DNA of 64,000 nucleotides from Bacteroidales bacterium (GTDB lineage: Bacteria > Bacteroidota > Bacteroidia > Bacteroidales > UBA12077). A program made the translations under genes and the position numbers. The stretch is from the NCBI GenBank assembly GCA_035269575.1, contig DATFIZ010000036.1, forward strand, positions 5,185 to 69,184, written 5' to 3'. This document shows, piece after piece, positions 17,373-25,523 of this stretch. Under the pieces are notes generated by a model that had not been told where the DNA came from, ran no database searches, and saw only the letters and a program-made list of their open reading frames with translations. Position 1 is the first letter of the stretch; each line of letters starts with the position of its first letter.

Positions 17373-17656
17373 TCATTGAACGATTTCTTATTTCAGGGGC
17401 TTTGCCCCGGACCCCACATACTTTCTTGTCTTGAAACAAGAAAGTAAGCAAAGAAATTCAAGGCTGCGCCCGCCTCACTCGAAAAACTACGCGATGTGAG
17501 CTAAAAAATCTAAACTTGCACTTCCCTACGGTCAGTGGTTGCCTTCGGCGAGCTCGCACAAAACGCTCGGTTCGAACAACAGATTTTTTTTAACGCTCAC
17601 TGTGCTTGTTTTTCGGCTCGCCGGACAAGGCCAATCCGAAAACGAATCGTCAATCA
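17373..17656. other. GC-rich imperfect palindromic element (candidate structured RNA or MITE-like insertion)
   Basis: The outer arms pair: 17373-17410 (tcattgaacgatttcttatttcaggggctttgccccgg) with 17621-17656 (ccggacaaggccaatccgaaaacgaatcgtcaatca). The middle arms pair: 17481-17511 with 17581-17614. An 11-bp hairpin sits at 17419-17446. The apical region holds the perfect palindromes GCGAGCTCGC (17548-17557) and GTTCGAAC (17570-17577). Composition is visibly GC-richer than the flanks. Confidence 0.6.
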
Positions 17657-17778
17657 TTTTTTTATCGGACAATAATGAAAAAATATTTAAAAAAACAGAT
17701 TGAAGTTGATAACAAATAAAGCTTCTTCTTTTGTTTCGGTATTCTTTTCAATAATTTTATGACAAAATACCATTTGAC

Positions 17779-20700
17779 ATGAAATTTATTGCCGATTTAC
17801 ATATCCACTCCCATTTTTCAATGGCTACCAGCAAAAAGCTGACCCCCGAACATCTTGACTATTGGGCTAAGCTAAAAGGAATTAAAGTTGTCGGAACGGG
17901 GGATTTCTCTCATCCGGGATGGACTGCAGAATTGAAAGAAAAAATTGAACCGGCAGAACCGGGTTTATTTAAGCTGAAAGATGAATTTAAAATCAAAAGT
18001 CCGGTTCCGGAGAGTAACACGAATGCACCACGCTTTTTGTTAAGTGCCGAAATAAGCAATATTTACAAGAAAAACGGGAAAGTACGTAAAATACATAATG
18101 TAATTCTGGCTCCCAATTTTGAGGTGGTAGATAAAATTCAGCAGAAGCTTAGCCACATGAATTTCAACATTACCTCAGACGGACGTCCGATTCTTGGGCT
18201 AGATGCAAAACATCTGTTAGAAATGTGCCTGGAAATCTCGGATAAATTTTTTTTTATTCCGGCACATATCTGGACGCCCTGGTTTTCTGCATTAGGTTCC
18301 AAATCAGGATTTAACAGTATTGAAGAATGTTTCGAGGACTTGTCGAAACATATTTATGCGTTGGAGACAGGACTTTCAACCGACCCGGCATTAAACTGGA
18401 TGTGTAGTTTTCTCGATCGCTATACGTTAATTTCCAATTCCGATGCCCATTCACCCGAAAAATTAGGCCGAAATGCCAATCTTTTCGATACAGACGTTAA
18501 CTATTATTCAATAACGGAGGCTCTTAAAACCAGTGATGAAAGGTTTTCTGGAACCTTTGACATGTTCCCGCAGGAAGGGAAATATCATTACGACGGACAC
18601 CGGAAATGCAAGGTCTGCTGGGATCCGGTTCAAACCATGAAACATCATAGCATTTGTCCTGTTTGTGGCAAAAAGGTTACGGTAGGTGTTGTAAATCGCA
18701 TTGTAGAGTTATCTGACAGGGTAAATATTGAAGAGCGTCCAAACCGGAAACCTTTTTACTCGATTATCCCCCTTTCTGAAATTTTAGCGGAGATAGAAGG
18801 TGTTGGAGAAAAATCACAAAAAGTAAAAAAACAGTATGAGCAGCTCATCGCCAAAGCGGGTTCAGAATTCAATATTTTACATTTCTTACCGGTTGAACAA
18901 CTAAAAGAAATGGGTGGAGAAGTATTAAGTGAAGCTATCCAAAGAATGCGAAACCATCAAATCATCATCAAAGAAGGATTTGACGGAGAATATGGTGAGA
19001 TAAAAGTTTTCCATCCCGACGAATCAAAAATTTTTAAAGACAAATCGGCTTTGTTCGAAACAACAAATTTACCGGAGATACCTCAACGTAAACTGCTCAA
19101 TTTCGATCTGCAACAATTCCAAAAGTTAAAAGCTATAAACAAATCTTCTGATATAGCTGCAGAACCGGAAACTATGTATATAACAAAACAAGAAGGGTTA
19201 TTACAAGGCTTAAACCCTGAACAGGCTAAGGCGGTAAAACATGACAAAGGGCCGGCTATTATACTGGCAGGCCCAGGCACAGGAAAAACAAATGTCTTGA
19301 CACGAAGAATTGCTTATCTGGTAAAGGAAAAACAGATAAAACCTGAAAACATTTTAGCTGTAACGTTTACCAACCAGGCAGCCGAAGAGATGCTTTCCCG
19401 TACCCAAAAACTATTAGAGCAAAAGATGGATTTGGAGAAGCTCCATATCTCAACATTCCATGCCCTGGGTTATTCAATACTAAACGACTATTACCGGGGA
19501 AAAAATCAAAACAGCATCCATATTATCAACGACGAGGATAAATTTTTTATGCTACAATACCTTTTCCCTGAAAAAAAGAAAACAGAACTGAAACACTGGA
19601 AACAAAAAATTACAGAAATTAAGCAAAAAGGTTTATTCCCTGATGATATTGAACATGAAACGACACGCACCCTGTTCGAACAATATTCGGCAGAGCTGCA
19701 AAAAAACCATCTGTTTGATTTGGACGATATGATTTATGAGCCTCTGCTAATTTTACGTAAAGATGAAATGCTTCTGCAAAAACTACGGCAACGGTTTCAA
19801 TGGATAATGATTGATGAATATCAGGACATTAACGATGCACAATACCAACTTATTAAATTATTATCTACAAATGAAAACCAGCATATTACGGTAATTGGTG
19901 ATCCCAACCAGGCTATTTACGGTTTTCGCGGTTCAAACTCCAAATACATCAGCCGGTTTATTGAAGATTTCCCTAAAGCAGCAATTTACAAACTTAACCT
20001 GAGTTACCGATGTACGAAAAACATATTAAAAGCTTCGGGCAATATTTTAAAGGAAGATAATTTTTTACAAGGATTAGACGATGGTTTACAGATAAAAGTA
20101 TCGACCCAACAAACCGATAAAAGTGAAGCTGAATATATTGCGCGCGAAATAGAAAGCTTATCCGGCGGATTGCGCTTTTTCTCTATGGATAGCAATGTTT
20201 CGAACGGAGAAAAAGACACCGAAATTGAAAGTTTATCGGATTTTGCCATATTGTGCCGCACCAAAGCTCAAATGGCGGCCATTGAAAAAGCATTGCATGA
20301 CCACAGCATTCCATGCCAAAAGATTAATGAAGATGAATTTTTAAAACACCGCATCACACGAGTACTGATAAACCTGTTAAAATTCAGCGGTGAACCGGAA
20401 AACCTGTTTCTGCGGAATAAAATTACAAGTCAGCTAAATATCAACCCCATATTACTGGATAAAATTCACAACCAATCCAACGATTTGCAATTAAATGAAT
20501 ACCTAAATTTTTTGTGGACAGAATTTATAGTAAATAAAACCGATGAAGACCAAAGGATTTTTGACAAATTTAAACACCTGGCTGCTAAATACAGGAATGA
20601 ACCGGAGAACTTTATTAAACATATTACATTAGGTCAGCCGGCAGATTTGTACCAACCGGAAATTGAGAAGGTAAGTTTAATGACTATTCATGCAGCAAAA

Positions 20701-21000
20701 GGACTGGAGTTTACATGTGTTTTTATTGCCGGATGCGAAAACGGGTTAATTCCCTACTCTCTTTTTAAAGAACAAAAAACTGATAACGACGAAGAAAAGC
20801 GATTGCTTTATGTGGGCATGACCCGGGCCAAAACAATGCTTTATTTAACGCATGCCAAAAAGCGTTTTCTTAAAGGCCGTGAGTTACAACTGCCTAAAAG
20901 CCCCTTCCTGGGTCTTATCGAAAAACAGCTTACCGAGCAAACCAAAAGCGATTACAGGAAAACAGATAAAAATCACGGGCAATTAAGTTTGTTTGGTTAA
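17779..21000 (+). CDS. Fusion protein: Endonuclease-Q-like PHP nuclease plus zinc finger (N-terminal, about aa 1-415) and UvrD/PcrA-type SF1 helicase (about aa 475-1073)
   Basis: N-terminal part: ADLHIHSHFSMATS, GTGDFSHPGW, NSDAHSPEKLG, EGKYHYDGHRKCKVCWDPVQTMKHHSICPVCGKKV, GFDGEYGEI. C-terminal part: LNPEQAKAV, AGPGTGKT, TFTNQAAEEM, MIDEYQD, GDPNQAIYGFRGS, SYRC, TIHAAKGLEF, LLYVGMTRAK. Confidence 0.9.
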   Translation: MKFIADLHIHSHFSMATSKKLTPEHLDYWAKLKGIKVVGTGDFSHPGWTAELKEKIEPAEPGLFKLKDEFKIKSPVPESNTNAPRFLLSAEISNIYKKNGKVRKIHNVILAPNFEVVDKIQQKLSHMNFNITSDGRPILGLDAKHLLEMCLEISDKFFFIPAHIWTPWFSALGSKSGFNSIEECFEDLSKHIYALETGLSTDPALNWMCSFLDRYTLISNSDAHSPEKLGRNANLFDTDVNYYSITEALKTSDERFSGTFDMFPQEGKYHYDGHRKCKVCWDPVQTMKHHSICPVCGKKVTVGVVNRIVELSDRVNIEERPNRKPFYSIIPLSEILAEIEGVGEKSQKVKKQYEQLIAKAGSEFNILHFLPVEQLKEMGGEVLSEAIQRMRNHQIIIKEGFDGEYGEIKVFHPDESKIFKDKSALFETTNLPEIPQRKLLNFDLQQFQKLKAINKSSDIAAEPETMYITKQEGLLQGLNPEQAKAVKHDKGPAIILAGPGTGKTNVLTRRIAYLVKEKQIKPENILAVTFTNQAAEEMLSRTQKLLEQKMDLEKLHISTFHALGYSILNDYYRGKNQNSIHIINDEDKFFMLQYLFPEKKKTELKHWKQKITEIKQKGLFPDDIEHETTRTLFEQYSAELQKNHLFDLDDMIYEPLLILRKDEMLLQKLRQRFQWIMIDEYQDINDAQYQLIKLLSTNENQHITVIGDPNQAIYGFRGSNSKYISRFIEDFPKAAIYKLNLSYRCTKNILKASGNILKEDNFLQGLDDGLQIKVSTQQTDKSEAEYIAREIESLSGGLRFFSMDSNVSNGEKDTEIESLSDFAILCRTKAQMAAIEKALHDHSIPCQKINEDEFLKHRITRVLINLLKFSGEPENLFLRNKITSQLNINPILLDKIHNQSNDLQLNEYLNFLWTEFIVNKTDEDQRIFDKFKHLAAKYRNEPENFIKHITLGQPADLYQPEIEKVSLMTIHAAKGLEFTCVFIAGCENGLIPYSLFKEQKTDNDEEKRLLYVGMTRAKTMLYLTHAKKRFLKGRELQLPKSPFLGLIEKQLTEQTKSDYRKTDKNHGQLSLFG

Positions 21001-21124
21001 CAATAATATCCATACAAATAAAATTTCTATAATTCTTTAATTTGCATACAATAAACTTTTCTCCAATATTAAACTTTCATTTCAAAGAAATATTGATATA
21101 TTTAGGTTTCAAAAAACACGCTGA

Positions 21125-22657
21125 ATGAAACCTTATAAAATCTTACTATACTTAATAAGTATATTTGTATTATTGGCGGTGGTTTCGTTCATCTTTCCCA
21201 AAGAAGGATTACATCTTGGAAGCAACTTGCTTTTACGTTTTCCGGATATTAATCATTTTATCACACAGCAACAATCCAATCAATTAACCATACAAGATAT
21301 ATTAGATCCCCAACAGCTACGTTTGCTAACAGATAGCAGTATCTCTCAAACAAAAGACAGCCTGACAGCCAAAAAAGATTCAATTTCCACCTTTCCCGAT
21401 TCATTAAAAACAGCAACGAAAACCGATACACTTTCTGTTTCCGATTCAACATTACCAAAGAAGGAAGCAAAAGCTCCAGGCTCCATTCATCAGTATCTGG
21501 AATATCCGGAAAATGACAAATCTGTATTGTATCCGTTTTTTAATCATCTCCGTCGCTTAAAAAATACAGGCGAACTAATAAGAGTTTTACATTATGGGGA
21601 TTCGCAAATCGAAGGCGACCGGATTACATCATACATACGAAATGAGCTACAGCAACAATTTGGAGGTTCAGGAGTCGGTTTATTTCCTCCGGTACTCATC
21701 AAGGGAACCAATATCTCTTTACAACATCAGTTAAGTGGAAGCTGGGAACGGTATACCATAAAAAGTATTGAAAACGGAAATATTTATCATAAAAGACTAG
21801 GTGCTTTAATGAGTTTTGGCAGATTTGCACCTGTTTATGCACGCTCCAAAGATTTATATGCCGGCGAAATAATCCTAAAAAAATCAAGCATCACTTACCT
21901 TCGAACCCGTGAATTTAAAAGGTGTAGAGTGTTTTACGGATACAATGAAAAACCTTTTATTGCCGAATTAAAATATAAAGATCAAACCCTCGATGCAGAG
22001 CTTATTCCTCCAACGCACCAATTGCAAACCTTATCATGGGATATTGACGGTTCATTAAATGAAATCACCCTAAGTTTCAGAGGCGAAGACAGTCCGGATA
22101 TTTTTGCTGTGGCAATTGACGATCATACAGGAGTAGCTGTAGATAACATTCCACTTCGCGGCAGCAGCGGTACAGATTTCACCCGAACCGACATGCCTTT
22201 TTTCCGTTCCATGTACCAGAAATTAAATGCCAAGCTCATAATCATGCAGTTTGGAGTTAACCTGGTTCCGCATATTATCGATGATTACAGCTATTATGAA
22301 AATCAATTTTACAAACAACTCAAAACATTAAAAGAATTACGTCCCGATTTAAGCATTATTGTTATTGGTGTATCTGATATGTCGAGAAATGTGATGGGTC
22401 GGTATGAATCGTATCCCAATATTGAAAAAATCAGAGAGGCTCAGAAAAATGCAGCTTTTAAAGCCGGATGTGCATTTTGGGATATGTACGAAGCCATGGG
22501 CGGAAAGAACTCAATGCCTGCATGGGTAAATGCTAACCCACCACTTGCAAAAACAGATTTTACACATTTTACCTGGAAAGGCTCGGTGGTTGTTTCTAAA
22601 ATGTTTTACGATGCTTTTATAAACGATTATTACGAATACATTAAAAAAAGAAAATAA
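21125..22657 (+). CDS. Membrane-anchored SGNH/GDSL-like hydrolase-fold protein
   Basis: N-terminal TM helix, a Ser/Thr/Asp-rich linker, then VLHYGDSQIEGDRIT (GDS block) and a late DxxH-like region (KTDFTHF). Confidence 0.75.
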   Translation: MKPYKILLYLISIFVLLAVVSFIFPKEGLHLGSNLLLRFPDINHFITQQQSNQLTIQDILDPQQLRLLTDSSISQTKDSLTAKKDSISTFPDSLKTATKTDTLSVSDSTLPKKEAKAPGSIHQYLEYPENDKSVLYPFFNHLRRLKNTGELIRVLHYGDSQIEGDRITSYIRNELQQQFGGSGVGLFPPVLIKGTNISLQHQLSGSWERYTIKSIENGNIYHKRLGALMSFGRFAPVYARSKDLYAGEIILKKSSITYLRTREFKRCRVFYGYNEKPFIAELKYKDQTLDAELIPPTHQLQTLSWDIDGSLNEITLSFRGEDSPDIFAVAIDDHTGVAVDNIPLRGSSGTDFTRTDMPFFRSMYQKLNAKLIIMQFGVNLVPHIIDDYSYYENQFYKQLKTLKELRPDLSIIVIGVSDMSRNVMGRYESYPNIEKIREAQKNAAFKAGCAFWDMYEAMGGKNSMPAWVNANPPLAKTDFTHFTWKGSVVVSKMFYDAFINDYYEYIKKRK

Positions 22658-22662
22658 AACAG

Positions 22663-23877
22663 ATGAACTTAATTAAGCTTACGATATTTATTCTAACATT
22701 CTTATTATCAATACAAGTATCGGGACAAAACATATACGACACCCTCCCTTTTATCTGCCATGATCAAAATATCCTACATTTTGCAATAAATGATGAGCCA
22801 ACAAAGAACTTAAAAGAAAGATTCCAAAACATCAATCTGCCGGGTTCAAAAAAAATAAATATTTTGCACATTGGGGACTCTCACCTCCAGGCAGCTTTTT
22901 TAACCGAAGAAATCAGACAAAACCTTTTTCAACACTATTTTCCTGAAGACACGATGACCGAACCGGGTTTTATTTTTCCTTACACACTGGCAAACACCAA
23001 TAATCCTTATTATTACAAGGTAGGCTATACCGGAAACTGGGAGATGAATAAAAATACCAACGACACGTTAAGTTTCAAATTAGGATTATCAGGAATTACA
23101 GTTGCCACTGATGATACGGCGGCCTCTTTTTGGATAAAAATGCAAAACAGCAAATACGATTTTCCGGCAAAGTACTATTTTAACAAAATAAAAATATACC
23201 ATTCCGTAAATGTAGGAACTACTGTAAAAGTTAATGGTTTATATGCCCATACAGATAAAAATTATTCATCCCTTGATTTGCAAAACCCATGCGATTCAAT
23301 ATTTGTGGAACTGACAAACCCCGACACAACACAAGCGTTGGAATTGTACGGGCTAATGCTGGGAAATGATAAAAACAAATTAGGGTATCACACCATTGGT
23401 GTTAACGGAGCTACGGCACAGTCGTACTTAAAATGCGAATTGCTGTCTCCCCATTTAAAAGAAATAAATCCTGATTTGGTAATTCTTTCGTTGGGAACAA
23501 ACGAAACTTTTAATGAAAACTTTTCTTCTTTGGAAAATGAGCTTATTTTAAAAGATCTTATTTATCAAATACGAATAACCGTTCCAAAATCAGTAATTAT
23601 TTTAACCATACCAGGTGACCATATGAAGAACGAAGTTACCAATCCAAATATTAATATTTATCGGGAGAGTCTCTTGCAACTTAAAAAAGAGCTGAATATA
23701 GGAATTTGGGATTTCTATTCGATCATGGGTGGGGAGAATGCTATTTTGCTATGGAATAATTCCAATTTTACAGCTAACGATAAAATTCATTTAAACCGCT
23801 CTGGTTATCAGCTTCAAGGGCAGTTATTTGTAAAGGCATTTTTGCATTTTTTTGATGATAAAAAACTAAAAAATTGA
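22663..23877 (+). CDS. Secreted SGNH/GDSL-family esterase or acyltransferase
   Basis: Signal peptide, ILHIGDSHLQAAF (GDS block), GVNGA, SLGTNE, and NDKIHLN (DxxH block). Confidence 0.75.
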   Translation: MNLIKLTIFILTFLLSIQVSGQNIYDTLPFICHDQNILHFAINDEPTKNLKERFQNINLPGSKKINILHIGDSHLQAAFLTEEIRQNLFQHYFPEDTMTEPGFIFPYTLANTNNPYYYKVGYTGNWEMNKNTNDTLSFKLGLSGITVATDDTAASFWIKMQNSKYDFPAKYYFNKIKIYHSVNVGTTVKVNGLYAHTDKNYSSLDLQNPCDSIFVELTNPDTTQALELYGLMLGNDKNKLGYHTIGVNGATAQSYLKCELLSPHLKEINPDLVILSLGTNETFNENFSSLENELILKDLIYQIRITVPKSVIILTIPGDHMKNEVTNPNINIYRESLLQLKKELNIGIWDFYSIMGGENAILLWNNSNFTANDKIHLNRSGYQLQGQLFVKAFLHFFDDKKLKN

Positions 23878-25412
23878 CAGAATTATTAAAAGACATATTT
23901 CTTTATTCTGAATCGAAACCTCTGCTATTTACTCGACTGTACTTCTGGGGCTTTTTGGGAATATTACTTTTATTTTATTCATTCTTATACAAAAAAAAGG
24001 TCCTCAGAAATGCCTATTTGTTTTTAATGAGCTTATTTTTCTACTATAAATCGGGTGGTTATTTTTTTTCCTTACTCATTTTCTCTACCATAGCCGATTT
24101 TACTCTCGGACAACTCATTTATAAAGCCAAAACCAATACAAGAAAAAAATTATTTTTGGCCACAAGTGTATTTATTAATTTACTGGTTTTGGGGTACTTT
24201 AAATACACCTATTTCTTTACGGATATTCTTAACGCTATTTTTAACACCAACTTTCAGGCCGTTAACTATCTTGCTTTGTGGACAAATCAAGTAACAGGCA
24301 CATCATTTGATATTTCAAGCATTATTTTACCGGTGGGGATTTCTTTTTATACTTTCCAAACGATAAGTTATACCGTTGATGTTTACAGAAATAAAGTTAA
24401 ACCGGTAAGAAATATTGTCGATTTTGGATTTTATGTTTCTTTCTTTCCACAATTAGTTGCAGGGCCTATTGTACGTGCTGCAGAATTTATTCCACAGCTT
24501 TACCAGAAATTTAAACTCAGCAGACAGGAGTTTGGGCATGCTGTATTTCTAATTCTAAGCGGACTGCTAAAAAAAATGATGATATCGGATTACATCTCCA
24601 TCAACTTTGTCGACCGGGTATTTACCTCGCCGGGTTCTTTTACCGGATTCGAAAATTTAATGGCAGTTTACGGCTATTCTATTCAGATTTATTGTGATTT
24701 TTCCGGGTATACCGATATCGCTATTGGCGTTGCATTGCTCCTCGGATTTCGTTTGCCTGTCAACTTTAACTCGCCTTATAAAGCAATAAACATTACCGAT
24801 TTCTGGCATCGATGGCACATCTCTCTGTCATCGTGGCTGCGTGACTATCTGTACATTCCGCTCGGCGGAAACCGCAAAGGAAAAACCAGAACCTACATTA
24901 ACATTATGATAACTATGCTTTTAGGTGGATTGTGGCATGGGGCAAATATACGGTTTGTTATTTGGGGAGGACTGCATGGACTAGGTTTGGTTATTCATAA
25001 AGTATGGATGAAGATGAATCTTTCCCTAAGTAAATACTATCAAACTCAAACCAGTAAAAATCATTGGTACCGCTTTTTCTCAGTTTTTACCACATTCCAC
25101 CTGGTAACCTTTGCCTGGATATTTTTCAGGGCCCAAAATATGGATGATGCAATGACCATCATCAACCAAATTATCACAAATTTCCAGGTAACACTTATTC
25201 CTGTTATGGTAACATCATATTATAAAGTTTTTATAATTATATTCCTGGGATTTTTCTTGCATTGGTTGCCTTCGTCATTTAAAGAAAGGTACCGGGGATG
25301 GTTTATTAAGAGCCCTATGGCTATAAAAATATTAATCTCACTGCTTGTAATCTTTATTATCTTCCAGATTAAATCGTCGGAAATACAGCCATTTATCTAT
25401 TTCCAGTTTTAA
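23874..25412 (+). CDS. MBOAT-family O-acyltransferase (AlgI/DltB/PatA-like)
   Basis: Polytopic membrane protein with FWHRWHISLSSWLRDYLYIPLGGNR...LGGLWHGA. Start overlaps the upstream stop (ATGA). Confidence 0.92.
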   Translation: MTELLKDIFLYSESKPLLFTRLYFWGFLGILLLFYSFLYKKKVLRNAYLFLMSLFFYYKSGGYFFSLLIFSTIADFTLGQLIYKAKTNTRKKLFLATSVFINLLVLGYFKYTYFFTDILNAIFNTNFQAVNYLALWTNQVTGTSFDISSIILPVGISFYTFQTISYTVDVYRNKVKPVRNIVDFGFYVSFFPQLVAGPIVRAAEFIPQLYQKFKLSRQEFGHAVFLILSGLLKKMMISDYISINFVDRVFTSPGSFTGFENLMAVYGYSIQIYCDFSGYTDIAIGVALLLGFRLPVNFNSPYKAINITDFWHRWHISLSSWLRDYLYIPLGGNRKGKTRTYINIMITMLLGGLWHGANIRFVIWGGLHGLGLVIHKVWMKMNLSLSKYYQTQTSKNHWYRFFSVFTTFHLVTFAWIFFRAQNMDDAMTIINQIITNFQVTLIPVMVTSYYKVFIIIFLGFFLHWLPSSFKERYRGWFIKSPMAIKILISLLVIFIIFQIKSSEIQPFIYFQF

Positions 25413-25484
25413 TATCCCTGCAAAAAAAAATGATTTATTAAATGGTACTAAATTTTTATCATCGGCATTACAAAATAAATTTCC

Positions 25485-25492
25485 TACATTTG
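25485..25492 (+). promoter_or_regulatory. -7 box (TACATTTG) for the ABC exporter gene
   Basis: Exact TAnnTTTG 32 nt upstream of ATG 25524. Confidence 0.45.
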
Positions 25493-25523
25493 CCAGTTAT
25501 ATATCTTATAAAAAAAGAATGGT

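Noticed and set aside
17396-17580. tmRNA-like hints inside the GC-rich element: it begins with GGGGC, contains GAAAACTACGCGATGTGAGCTAA (reads ENYAM-stop, reminiscent of an ...ENYALAA tag) about 90 nt in, and has a GGTTCGAA T-loop-like string
   Set aside because: There is no acceptor-stem complement or CCA-proximal 3' end. The T-loop-like string has no flanking T-stem, and the tag frame ends prematurely. The whole block is better explained as a nested palindrome, so I treat the resemblance as coincidental.
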